A stretch of 64,000 nt of DNA from Raillietiella orientalis (Eukaryota), in the NCBI GenBank assembly GCA_036172245.1, contig JAYWIR010000014.1:4030001-4094000 (forward strand), in the 5' to 3' direction. Shown one piece after another: positions 48,150 through 60,479 of the stretch (positions within the stretch are counted from its first letter, which is position 1; every line of letters begins with the position of its first letter). The position numbers were made by a program, and so were the translations under genes. The notes beneath the pieces are model-generated. The model did no database searches. It saw nothing but the letters and a program-made list of their open reading frames with translations, and was not told the origin of the DNA.

Positions 48150-49950
48150 CAGTCAGCGAAGGCGAAGGAGAGGGAAGCAAGACTTCACAGTGTCTTTACA
48201 CTTTTGGTCGGCTCATGGAGAGAACCCGGCACGAATGGGGGTGGCTAGATCTTCCCTTGGGGAGGCTGCATCTGCCATCTGGCCTGGAAGAGCGAGTCGG
48301 GCGACCTGCTGTCACGGCACCGTGGACCCCGCCCTGCGTGCCGATGAAGGGCAGCAAGATGACGCTGGCAAACCCGAGGCTTTCCGCCGAGTATCCGTGG
48401 GATCTATTTTTATCTTCTGCCGCCCACTTCCGCGGCTCCACCCTCCCGAGGCCTCGGTCGCTGTAGCTCGAGAGCGCGTGCGCGCTGGATCTCGCCCAAA
48501 GGCGGCACGGGCCGCTGACCGAAATACTAACAGGTACTCCTCCCCATGAACCCTGCTTCCCGGAAGGGAGGGGAGAGGACGAACTCTGTGGGAAGAGTCC
48601 GATCCACTCGGAAGCACGGCTCAAGGACGTCCTCTCGCAGCACGACCTTGACACCTGTGCCTCCCTCCCTGCCCCCGGGAGCTGACACGTGGTCCATCGC
48701 CGGCCGGAAGGGAGATCGCTGGCAACTCCAATCTTCGAGAGGTAACGTTCCCTTTTTCCTGGAATTCCTCATTCCTTCTGTTAACAGAGATGGCCAGAAG
48801 CTGCCGTGCTTTGATGCATGTCCCACAGCAGCACCCAGCATGGAAAAGCGTACCGAAGTCAGCTTGGCTAATTGGTCCAGGAGAAATGCTTCCGTTCTTG
48901 GCACCCAGGGTTTGATCCCTCGGCTTCACTCCATTTTTCCGCCTCATGTGAGCAGGCGTCTTCTCCATCACCTGTGGGTGACGTTCAGGGATGATGAACT
49001 TCTACTCGTGACACGGTTTCTCTGACACGTGCGTGCGTCCACCAGGAGCCCACCTCATGCCAAAACAGCTGCCACCAGGAGTCCTTTGGAAAGGCATCAA
49101 AGTCCTAATGTACTTTCAATTCCTGGAGAGCAGTGGGTCGACGTTAACATTTGTAGGTAAATGATTTAAATAAGCCAATTTCATGCCAAAAGGGTTCGCA
49201 ACCTGGGATTTACAGAAGCAAAGGGAAGGGATTTCACAGAGAGTGCCGTGCAGTCGACGGGGCGACTGACGTGCACCCATCGGATTTCCGAAGCGACGTA
49301 TGCGCATGCGTGGGCGGAACCTCAATTACCATGTCCTCATCGATATGTCCAACTTCCAGTGGTGTCCAGCTTCCTGCCTGGTCTGTGTTGGATTTTTCCT
49401 TCCTGGACCAAGCTGCACGGCCTCATGAACCGAGTGAGGATCGTTGAACGATGCCCCGTGGAGGAAATTTTTCTTACTTCCATATTTGGAAAGGTGTCCG
49501 CTTCCTGGACCCTGCCCGCGAGATCGTTGCAACCTCCCTTATCCCTCCCTCCCTACGTTGTCCCGGAGCATTCCAGACTCCCCCAAAACAATTGATGCAG
49601 CTAACTATGAATACAAATCAGTAAGAGGGATTCTTTTGAGAGACAGGGGGACGAATCCTGGCTTTTTTCAGACGATTTGGATTGTAACAGCTTCACCTCC
49701 TTTAAAGATGCGGCTTTCCTTTTTCCAGTTTGTCTGCAGCGTTCTCCAAACCAGATTTTTGCCCTCGACGAACTCAGTGTTGCAGCTCTTAAGGATTCAG
49801 TCCGTGTCATCCCTTTCCGCAGCCTCAGCTATTCCCGTCTGCAGAAGCCGCTGCAGAGCTCATCAAGTGGAGGTCGCAATGCGGTTTTTCGTATCTTCCG
49901 GGGTATTTTTCGCCTTAGCAAAAACCAGATTATCGAAGTATAGGGGTAAA
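48150..49950 (+). mobile_element. Decayed P-element/THAP9-type transposase
   Basis: ANP...LFLSSAAHF, PSMEKRTEVSLA (like EKM.V.LA), LNDAPWRKFF (like LNQDPLEKFF), LRDRG and CRAHQ...RFFV (C-terminal C..H motif). Confidence 0.48.
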
Positions 49951-51149
49951 GGACACAGGAAACGATTCCCTTTGGGTCCACGGGTCCCTACTCAGTCCTT
50001 TAGAACTCACCCCTCGTTAACTTGGCAAGCATTCGATCCCCAAAAGCAGCAAAGTCCGTCGAAGGAAGCACTCTATAGACAATGTTTGATGGCCTTCTAG
50101 GGTCTTATTCGGTGTCTCACTTTGTAGCACTCCCATTTTCCAGAGCGGATGAAAGAGAACTCCTCTCCATATGAACATCTTGTGGGAACACTTCGAAAGC
50201 GACTCGAGGGACCACGACTCGAGCGCAAACCGGGCGAGGCTGCCATAAGGCGAATGATTCCGGTTCCACACCTTCCCGTTACTGGCATAAGGTTCTTCAG
50301 CCGTACATGTGGCCACCTATCGCTCCCTTCTATCGAACTGAAGACATGCATTTTTCCTGCCTGTGGTCTCCTGTTTTTTGCACTTTTCATCAGCAACACC
50401 CTAAGGTATCCTCGTGAAAGAATTATTCCTTGCCCAGGGGGATACGCGGCCTCGCTTCTCGAAGAGTGCCACTGGTTCCCCTACTGCCTGTCAACATCAT
50501 TCACAGCGTCAGGAAGAGCTTGGAACCTGGACACAGCTGGTCAGAGTACCCTCAGGGGATGAACGACCTCAGAATGAGGTGCCTCCCGAAGAAAAGATGA
50601 AAGGTAGCAAGAAGTGACTCCAGCAGTTGGCACCTTCTTGGCCGCAGCGCAGCATTCCCTACTGGCAAGCGACAGCTGCCAAACGGCAGGGTGGGGGTCC
50701 GTTGCTTGACGCCACAACACTGGTTCCCACGAAGGAGCTCTTCCTGGTGCGAGCGAGCGGAATGCCAGAATGGATTTGCCACGATTTCTGCGACCTTGCT
50801 CTTCTTGCAGTGGTGGCTCCGCATGACCTCGGTGCTCCGGTGGTTCCATTACATCCCCTTCCGAGAAGAGTTGGCGGTACCGCCTATCCTCTTCTTGCTG
50901 CTCTCGAATCGCCCCCTTCGGAATTACGAGTTCTCCTGGCGTTCTGCCATGCACCGAGGGCTCCTACGACTGGGGCTCGCACTTGGCGTGGACACCCCTT
51001 TGCCGGCAATCCCCCCAGTCAGAAAAACACCTCAGTACCTACTCTCTCTCTTCTCCTCTTGCAGCCTTGTAGGGCCGTAGAACTACCTTCCAAAAGAGCA
51101 GGCGACGTCGGGAGGATCGTCCTCCCGCTCGTCGCTTTGCGAGACCAGG

Positions 51150-51900
51150 TCAGGTCACATGGAGGCTGAGACCTTCCACGGGGATCGGTTGATCGGCCGC
51201 CCACTTGACGGAACAGTCCTCCGCGAGCTCCAGCTGAGAATGCTGGAGCCAAGACGGACTTCGGGGGGGGGGGGGCACCCACGACCCAAGGAGAGAAGCG
51301 CGCCGACCTTCGTACAGGCGGACTGTGGCGGAGCGCCAGCCGTCCAGCTGTGCTCCGCCGGTGAAGGACGACCCTTCCGCTCCCTCCTCTTCGCCACTGC
51401 ATCTGCTCCCGCATCGCGGAAACCGCAGCGGCAACATGGGGAAGACGTGTTGCCAGCTCGAGCCGGAAAACCTGCCATCCTGAAAGAGGAGGGGAGAATG
51501 ACGAACGAGGAGTCGGGTCCACCGGGCTGCCACCTCTGCGAAGCAAGAAAAACGCCAAAGGGATTTCTTTGTCAAGTGGGGAGGGGAATGAAGATTTTGA
51601 ATCCAAGCAACATTCTAATGAGAGAGTTTGAGTTCGCATCTGCATGTGTGATGGTGAACTCATATTGTACTCGTGCATCTCGCAAGATCCGCATGTGTAT
51701 CAAGAGGAAAGCATTTGAAAGGTTAGTGGCGAAGAGCACCACAGAGAGCAGCAGCTTTCACGGGCGTGGATGCGTTCTCTCTACCTTCGGCAATTGGGAA
51801 GTTTTGATTTGCTTCGAGACAAAGCGTCAGAGATCCATGTGCTCTGGTCTCTGTACTTACATTACATCTTTCTTCGTAGCGCGGGTGTCTTTCTTTTCTT
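51150..51900 (+). mobile_element. P-element/THAP9-type C-terminal remnant
   Basis: RMLEPRRTSGGGGHP...F and GRGMKILNPS (like RGGL..PS) in ORF 51159-51977. Confidence 0.3.
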
Positions 51901-54900
51901 TTCTCGCACGCGTGACGCATACCCGAAAAATTGGCAAAAAAAAAATGCACCTTCGCATTTGCAACGGAAATTCGTGAGCACCGTTTCTTGCACGAAGCTA
52001 AATCCGTCTGCGATACACAACCTTGATGTATACGGAAGCAAACATGTAAAGAATGTGGTGCACGAACAGGGCACATTCACACGTGCATACTGGTACAAGA
52101 ACTTCAATGCCAACCTGTTTTCCAGCCCCAAGTCCCACTTTTCAAATCGTATTCAACCAAAACAGTGGTCGCGCTGCTGTACAAATGCTGCTCGGCCATT
52201 CTTCAAACCGAGCTACATTGGGAACCTTTCCTCGAATGATGCGTTGAGGGCAACCTCTTCTGTTATGAGCAAATGCTTCTCGGTTCGTGACCAGGCCCCA
52301 GGAGAGGTCTGGCGGAACTCGATCAGCAGGTTGACCTCGTCTCTGTGTTTCCATCCACGACGGATGTTTCTGAGAAATCTCCCCTCTTGCCGAAGTTCGG
52401 TCTCACCAGTGCTAGTTATTGATTTTCCACATCTTCATCAACGAGAAGCCCTATCCACACGTTGCGCTGTTGCAGCCTCTCTGCAAGTGAAGGATCGAAC
52501 GGGGTAAGAGGGGACACCTGACCCACCGCACGGCATGCAAAATGCGGCCGTGGCAGGCTACTCTGAATCGCTTTCAAACGGCCAGTCCCGAAGAGAGCTG
52601 TCACGATGGAGAGGACCTCACTGAGATCTCAGTTAGATGCAGGGAAGCACTCGGTGAGAAGCTGTGAAAAAGTCAGGTCGTAAATCTGGAGAAAGTCTGG
52701 AGGTCAAGTTAGATGCACCTTTTCTGTATTTTGAGTCTGGTGAAGTGGAAACGCATACCGACTGGGTTCCTCGACTGTGGTCCTACATCTCCGTGATAAT
52801 TCAGAAAAAATTAGAAAGGAACACAAAAAAGCACAACTGCTACCGAGCTAAATGGCAACTTTCAGGTGAACTTAGGAAGAACAAGATAGAAGATGCAAGA
52901 TAGAAAATTGGAACAAGATAGAGGTGCACCAGTTAGCTTTGATGGTTACTTGATCTTTTTAGCAATCTTTAAGTAGATAGACTTTAAGTGGACGTGAAGG
53001 AAGTGTATACTGTGAGCATTCAGAAATTGGGATTTGAAGTTCGTGTGGATCCCGTTTTCAAGGAATCGAGATGATCAACGCACTTGCTTAATGCATTCAA
53101 GTTCAAGGAGGAAGAATGTTGAGGTTTCGGTTAACGCCTTCTGTATGTCCAACATAGCGCTGCTAAGAAATGATGGTTTTGAGGAGGAATCATGCTAAAG
53201 GTGGCCACCCACTTCACACGGAACATAAAGGAAATCTAACTGACATAATGACTTGTGGACAACCATGTCCGAATTCATTTGTCTTAGAAGGAGGGAAACT
53301 CTGGCTTCTGCTGAAAAGAATAGATCTAAGCATCTAAAAGCATAATTTCTTTAGATCTAAAGAGCTAAAGAAATTTCCTGGATCCTCTATTGGTGGAGGC
53401 TCATAAGATTATTTGAATTTCGGAATATTGTTTGTCACTAAGGAACGAAGGCTTGCATGCTACCTTCAAAGGACACCAAAGGCTAGTAAAAAAAAAAAAC
53501 TTCCCTCTTATCTGGCATTCGAGTCTTAGAGTCTGGTTAATGTGTGTTCTTCAAGAACGACTTATTCGAGATTTCTTACCGTCTGTGAAGAAATGTCATG
53601 TCGAAAACCAGCTAAAACGTAATGCATTGCACAACCCAGAAGATGAGCTGGATGATGATCTCACCTTTTCCTGCTTAAGTAAACAGCCATTTTCATGGTA
53701 TGCGATTCGAAGGACTGCACTACTGTGCTGCACCTTGTGGACAAACAAACAAATTATGACAAAGCTGTCTCGTCACTTGTATTAGGCCTTTTTCCAGGAA
53801 GAAAGATAGTGAGAAATGACAAGCAGTAAAGGAGTTCTCCATCACCATGATGGTATGAGGGTCAATAAAGCTGCTGACGAGTTGCGACAGGAAATTGTGT
53901 CACCGTTATCAGTGGCATCTTGAGCTATCTAGAGCCGTCGACTGTTCGACTTTCAGGTTCCGATGAGTCAATAGGGATTCAGAGAGACATTGTAGGGATA
54001 GCCAAGATGTTTTAATTTATAGTAGAAATCTCTGATACTATATTTCTATAATCGTAGAAAGGATTTAAGAAATGAGAAAAGTAAATGTAATGTTCATGTT
54101 CCAACATGCATCATAAAAAAATCAAAGATGTCTTTTTTACCTCCTAGAATATCAGTGACTTCCTTCAGTGAGAGTGATCTTAACACGTAATAAGGCTGAA
54201 GCCAACAGACCTGTAGCCAGCGGCTACTGCTCCATTACTTTGTGGAAGGAAGCGTCCCAGAAGAACAAAGTTCTCGTGAAAATCCTCCAGAATCGTTTCG
54301 AATGTTCATTCTCGGATTAAGAGAAGTCAATTCTAACTGGATCGAACTCCACAAGAAGATGAATAGCTCTGTTTGAAAATTTTGCTCGTGTGGTCAGTCA
54401 ATGCCGCTGGCAATCGCTCCGGTACGCATTTTCCCAGGAATGGGATTCCCGTTTACATCATTACATTTATGATAAGCAATTTAACGTGTATGCCAGTGAG
54501 AAAAGGGGCACTGTGTATTTCGTTTGCCCCCTGCTTATGCTGCTCTACTTTCCATAACTTATTTTATTCGATCTGTCATTATTATTTGTTCAGCGCAGGA
54601 TCTTATTTGCTCTGAATCTCGCTCTCAGAGAGCTGTGGTTTTGGTATATGCCAAGAAAACGCAAGGTTCCGCTTTGTGAGCTTTTGTTCAGCCTTGTTAT
54701 TAAGAAATGATGAACGAGCTCCCGCTTGATGCTTCTATCGAGTTACTTTTGCATGCCCGGACAGATTATTTATTTGCAGTTGCTTAGGTCTTTCGGATCA
54801 CCTTGGCTGCCAATAGGCGTTTTGTAGCTATCACTGATTTATGATCTTCAGATCTGCGTGCTGTTAATCATGGCATCGGGTGGAGTCGGGAGCACACAGA

Positions 54901-56389
54901 ACGGTGTATATCGGTCACCCGAACACCTGAACTGAAGTCTCAAATGCATCCTTCAGGGAAGCAGTATCCTTCTACATTACCAGGAGCTGAATTTTTCATC
55001 AGTGTTTGCTCGTCAGGTTCAAAATAATCAAAATGCTGTTGCTCTTTTTGATTCTGACATTCTGGGAAGGAAAAATCCTCTTTTGTTTGTCTCTTGTTTA
55101 ATTTCTCTCTTGGTCTTCAAGAATTCTTGAGTCTGCGGCGTTTCCCTTTGCAGCACGCGAGCCTGGTTTCACTCAGAGACAAGTCTTTGATTGGAAGGAC
55201 CACATCCGAAACCCGGGATGCAGGATTTCTTGGTCATCGACGTCTCTTTCTCTTGCAGGTTTCCAGTGGGCGGCTGCTTCTTTCTGGCTCTATCGGAAAC
55301 AACGTTATTCTCTAATTGCTTTCGGAACTAAGAATCGGGGAATGATAAATCTCGTCTACTGAACAAGCATCCGTTTCCTCCATCTCCATCTTCCATACCG
55401 TCTGCTATGTGGAAAACCTCATGAATCTCTTACCACTCCTTATGCTTTCATTACTGTTATTATCGAGAAATCAGATAACGTGTCATATGTGTCTTATAGA
55501 CACTATCATGTGCTAATCATAAATCAATTATATCATCTATTGATGACCATATTTATCAGTTATCCATCACGCCTATTATATATTAATTTGCTAATATTAA
55601 AGTTTCATTTCCGATTTATGCGATTGAGTGCTGGAGATATAATTAATCTGATTTATTTTTGAATGACTAAATCTCGATTCTAATTTCATGGCGAGTGACA
55701 TGAAAATTAGGAACCGTAGATCAGCAAAATGTGCGCCCTTCTACTGTAGAAAAGTAGACGTGTGCAGATGAAACACATGCTGTTCACCTTTCATCGAGTG
55801 ATGACTGTGACCCTTGCGATGCTTCTTCCACGTAAGAAGGATGTTTTTCCATCGTGGAAGATGTGATTTTGCTCGTCATCATTCAGAATCAACACTTTGG
55901 GGGCTGCTCTTTTCCGTGAGCCGCATTTCCCGCTTTCCTTCAGGACAAAATGAAAGGCCTTCGAAGAACGCAGGAGGAGGTAACTCTATCTCGCGATGCC
56001 GCTCTACGATGCCGACTGATTTGCTGGATGTAACACATGTCTTTGATGTCTTCACTCGTTCTAGAGCCTCGCCGAAACTTCCACCACGTTCCTGTGTGGC
56101 AGGAGACAGACTGGATGTCCTTTTGCTTCTTGCAGTCTATTCACGGGAAATTCCAAATGCTTTCTGACCCAAGGTCTTGTTGGAACTGTTCGACCCCTGC
56201 CAGGACGGATCGAAGCCACCTTGCATTCTGCTACCTGCTGTCTCTACAAAGTCTTCGCCAACGCTTCCACCGTTACCTTCGCCTCCCTGAAACAAATGGA
56301 TGAGAAATTCATTTCGCTCTGTTTTTTGTAGGATCACTCTTTTCAGCACTCAAATTCTGTATGTTCAGAATCTGATTGTCAAACAGAGA

Positions 56390-58620
56390 ATGTAAACAAG
56401 TAAAGGAGATATCCCATCACCTTCTTCTCCTGCGATTTTCCTAGGTGCTTCCATCACAAAAGGTGGAGATCCGCCCAACGTTTCCAGTAGATGCCCCAAG
56501 AATGCTGTATGTCGGAGCACATCATTTCTTCCGTGACGTACTCCACTCGATTCTTCTTGGTGATCTGGTAAGTTCTCTCAACACTTGGTCACCATTTGGG
56601 TCCCTTTGGATCCAAAAAATGACGAAGAAATTTTTGGAGAAAATTTTTTTTTAGAGGCGAGTGGATGCTCAGTGCTTCCTCCTCTGCTTTTATCTTGCCT
56701 TTTTCCATGCTATTGATGGACATTCATAGCGACGTCCAGTACTTCTACCTTCCATCGCCCTGGAACTGTGGTCCGGCTTTGGTTTGGATGGTCTGGTTGG
56801 AGGTTGTCTTGATCCGGATCACCAGCTTGTCGTTCCGCGCCCTGGGCATGGTTGGATTGGAGATCCATCCATGGGGAATATGACCTGGCGATTCCTCCCA
56901 CCTTCCACACAGGAGGTCAGAGCCGTCCTTGTGAGCAGCTGCCGCCCAGGCTGATGCTTGAGCCGCAGGTGCACGAACGAATCATTCTGCAGTCTAAAAA
57001 CCGAAGGCGTTCTCCTCTGGAACAGAAAATGACGGAGACCTGATAGACCCAAGACAGAATGTGGTCCTTCCTTGATCCGGAAAATGTGGAAGTCCATACT
57101 TCCCCCTTGAATCCCCTTGTATATGGGTTCGAAGCTTCCCTCCTATGCGTGCGCCTGCTGTAGGGTCACCAGATAAGAGCCCAAGGCCACAGCCTTGGGC
57201 GCTTATCTTGCAAACGACGTTTTAACTGACTTCTTCCGGACTCACATCCGGAAGAAGAATCGCTTCTGATGTGGATCCCAGGTTTGTTCCTGCGTCCGTC
57301 GATTCTTTGAGACATGAAATCCCCCCCAATCTTCATCCGCTGGATGGTTGCAGCGGCTTTTTCCCTCCACTACCCTACGTAGTGTCCTCTGAGATTGATG
57401 TTTCGTGATAATCATACCGTATCAGAGATCTTGATAAAAGAGCTATTTTTCGATGTGTATGATGAGATGGATCTTCTGCTACAACAAGAGGAGGAATCGG
57501 TCGTTCGAAGAGGCTGTCACCAAAGCGACCAGTCTCGCCCGGCAAATCTGGCAGGCTGAGATATCCCGTTGATCCGTCGAAGCTGGATGTTGGTTGGCTG
57601 CTCTTCCTGGTAAATCAACTCATTTCTTTACTGCCGGATGTCGTTGTGGAAGAGCATCCATTCGGGTGTTCCCAGCCGTCAGTTGTGCACCAGACTAGGG
57701 AGGAAGGGGATTCTTGCGGCATCCAAGCGTGACAACGACGGCTACCCGCAATCCACCATTGCAACCGCTTTCGCCATGATCTGGTGAGCTCCATCGCTAG
57801 CGATCTCTAGTCAAACGGTTTGTCGAGGTTTCATGAGTCTTGCTGAAGTCCAATACAGCTTTTGCGTATCTCTTCTGGTCCAGAAAGTGTTTTTTTTTTT
57901 TTTTTTTTTCCAACAACTCTTTCCGTTTGGTGATCCAAAGTGGGATGATGTGCATTGGCCGAGTTTGATGAATAGCAAAGATTTCTTCCTCCTGGGCATG
58001 AAGCAGGTCGAGATGCCCACCGAGTCCAGCCATCGGCCCCGCTATCAGTACCAGAGTGTCTGATTATTCCAGAATGACCTTCAAACGACTATCCTGTCTC
58101 TCGTAGAATAGGTCCTGCTGCAATGCTGAATAGCAGGGAGCTGAAGAGCCGGCACCCTTGCTTGATTCCCGACGAGTAGGGTATCCTTCGCGGCTTGCAG
58201 TTTCTCTTGCATACATGTGTGTGCATCCGTATATGCTTGGTCCGTACTATGAGGTCCTTGACGATGCTTTCGGTGATCGCCCACGCCACTTCCCCTCAGG
58301 GCTCCGCAAAACAGTCCGTGCAAGGCTGTTCTGAAGGCATGTTCTACATCTAATGGTTGCATTACGTAGGTCCTGCAAGTGGTTTTCCAGAGCCGTGGAA
58401 CCTAGTTTGCAGAATGGAATTTCGTTCCCGGACTCCACCATATGAAAGGCGGACATCCTCTGCGGGCAGATGACCTGCGGACAGAGGTTTCTCGTGGAAA
58501 CGATAAATGCAGCCGCCCATAGTCACAATCTTTACCAGACGATTTTTTCCGACGCTGAGGAGGATTCGAAGTCTAGGACTGCCCAGGAGCGTTGCTGCTT
58601 TCTCCGTGACACAAGGAACG
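56390..58620 (-). mobile_element. Decayed RLE-type non-LTR retrotransposon (Utopia/NeSL-like), RT through endonuclease C-terminus
   Basis: Frameshifted motifs in the correct order on the - strand: LDVEHAF (~58340, RT motif A), GIKQGC..SLLFSI (~58160, motif B), ILE*SDTLVLIA (~58060, degenerate YADD), LDAARIPFLP, LPGRAAN, PDQGR..HFL.RGERLRFLDCRMI (~57070-56980), VLDVAM, DPNGDQVLREL and MCSDI..GIY (~56600-56490). Confidence 0.82.
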
Positions 58621-60441
58621 GTTCAGAAATCCTCGAGTTAGTTCGAAATTTGTCCATCGTTTCCCAAATATTAATGCACTTAAATCCCATAAAATGCACT
58701 GGAATTCGTGCCACCTCGGTACTCGTCAAACTCAGTACTCGTCGCATTTTGACGAGAAAAATATGTTTCGACACTCGGCGCATGCTCGGAACTCGACACC
58801 CCACTCTCATGATGAAACAAGTGAGCTCTTTCGTCTTATGGTAGCTCGCGAACGGTGCCAAACTATTCCATAGAGTTCCTCCCTAATCGTTCCTTTTTCT
58901 GTCCTTCCTGTGCATTTCAAGCGTTGGTCATGGGTCCTGACAAATTCGTTCGGCACTCGTTAGAAGTTACGGAACGAACTACCGACGAGTACCAAGGTAC
59001 CACTGTACTTGCTTAGCGATGGTGTGTCGTTCCCCGTCTGTAGAAATGATGATAGATCACATGCTGATTTACTTGAGGAAAACGATGTGACCAACAAAAT
59101 TTAATAAATCTGAAATTCTGACTCATTTCGGAAACAGCTGATTTCTGAGGTTTCATTCGGGGTCCGATCTCTTCGCTCTTTCTCTATAATTGTCTTATTT
59201 AATTTGTTTTGCAAACTGAAATGATTTTTCTGCCTCTTTCATCCTTTTTCCTCTGAGCTCGTTCTCAGCTCTGATAACTCGAGTAAGATAACTGATCTAA
59301 GCAATCGAACCCGGAGAACGAGAGTCCATCTCTCTAGGGTAAAGAAAGACAAAGATTAAATGTTATTGTGTTGGCAATTATAACTTTTCAATTTAAGAAA
59401 TTGGCGTCCATCAAGAATAAAATTGTGGCTCGCGTAGTGCATCTTGAGTAGACACGCGGTCCGTTGCAAAAGCTGCTCTATGGCAACGTATGTGAACTTG
59501 GAGTAAACAGCCATCCTTCGATGTGAGATCATTGCGAACTGACAAATAAATTGCAAGACAGCAATGTTCCTTTAATAAGAACGCTCTCTTATTGCAAGCG
59601 ATCCCATCCGCTCTGTTGAAAGATCCCCGAATATTATTCAAGGAAGTCGAGGATTCAGTGCTCGGTTGCAGCCTCCCTTCTTTGTGAGTGTTCAATCTCG
59701 CGGAAGCTGACAGCAAGTTACAGTGAGTTTGTTGATAACAGAGAATTCTCTCCTTGAATCTTTTGGAACCAGAAACACCTTACCAAGCTGTCCAAGTGTC
59801 ATTTTCTACACCGTGCCCATGAAGATTATAAGTATCAATTAAGTTGAAAAATTAATTGAAGTTTCATTTTTCTTGTTTGATTTATGACTTCTGCATTAAC
59901 TTCTAAGAACTGCACCATTCTTTTCCTGTGCTTGTACTGTCAGAGTCGTATAAGTCTGCAGCTGCCTGTTCAACGCAATCTGCTTTTGAAAAATAATCCC
60001 TCCTTGGCTGCTAAAGTTCTTACAAATCCTGGTATAACAGTTTCCGTGACAGAAAAAAAAAGAAGAAGAAGAAGTGAAGAAGAAACAATGCCACAGAGGA
60101 GTTTGCTTCAGATTTGTAGACAATTCTTTGGACAGCCTCGTGCTCTCCAACAAAAACTTTGCCCCTCAAGCGAACTCTCATGGAGAGAAACGGGCATGCG
60201 TGGAAGCTTACTGAACTCTATAATCTTGGAGTTCTATCCTCTGCAAGAGGAAATTCTTTTCTTTTTTTTGCCTAACAGTTGTCTTGAACCGCTAACGCCC
60301 GAAGGAAGCGATTTTCTTGTTTTCGATACGTAGTCACTTTAGATGTTGACCAACGGTTGGAGTCTTTACAGAGAAGGGGTATTTGGAATTTCGGCGGGTG
60401 CAGCCTGAAAAACAGGAATTTCAGTGTGAGGACAAAGAAGA

Positions 60442-60479
60442 TTCTCTTCTCGGCCTTTTGGCAAGATCAAAGTGAAGAA
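60442..60479 (+). pseudogene. U2: 3'-truncated U2 snRNA fragment (about the first 38 nt)
   Basis: CTTCTCGGCCTTTTGGC-AAGATCAAAGTGaAGaA versus the recalled U2 5' end ATCGCTTCTCGGCCTTTTGGCTAAGATCAAAGTGTAGTA. There are exact blocks of 17 nt and 12 nt separated by a 1-nt deletion, with the three-A GATCAAAGTG form seen in Drosophila U2. The continuation TCTGTTCTTATCAG is absent. Confidence 0.85.

Noticed and set aside
52050..52345. MADF-like remnant on - (DEVNLLIEFRQTSPGAWS); similarly faint hAT-like echoes at ~28950-29120, ~30100-30220 and ~55900-56200
   Set aside because: Single weak motifs without an ordered supporting series.
9296..57909. Poly-T/poly-A runs (e.g. ~9296, ~11324, ~14346, ~57889) and short local tandem duplications (10690-10722, 52879-52922, 61808-61829)
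   Set aside because: Ordinary low-complexity or slippage products; no linked TSDs or element ends identified.
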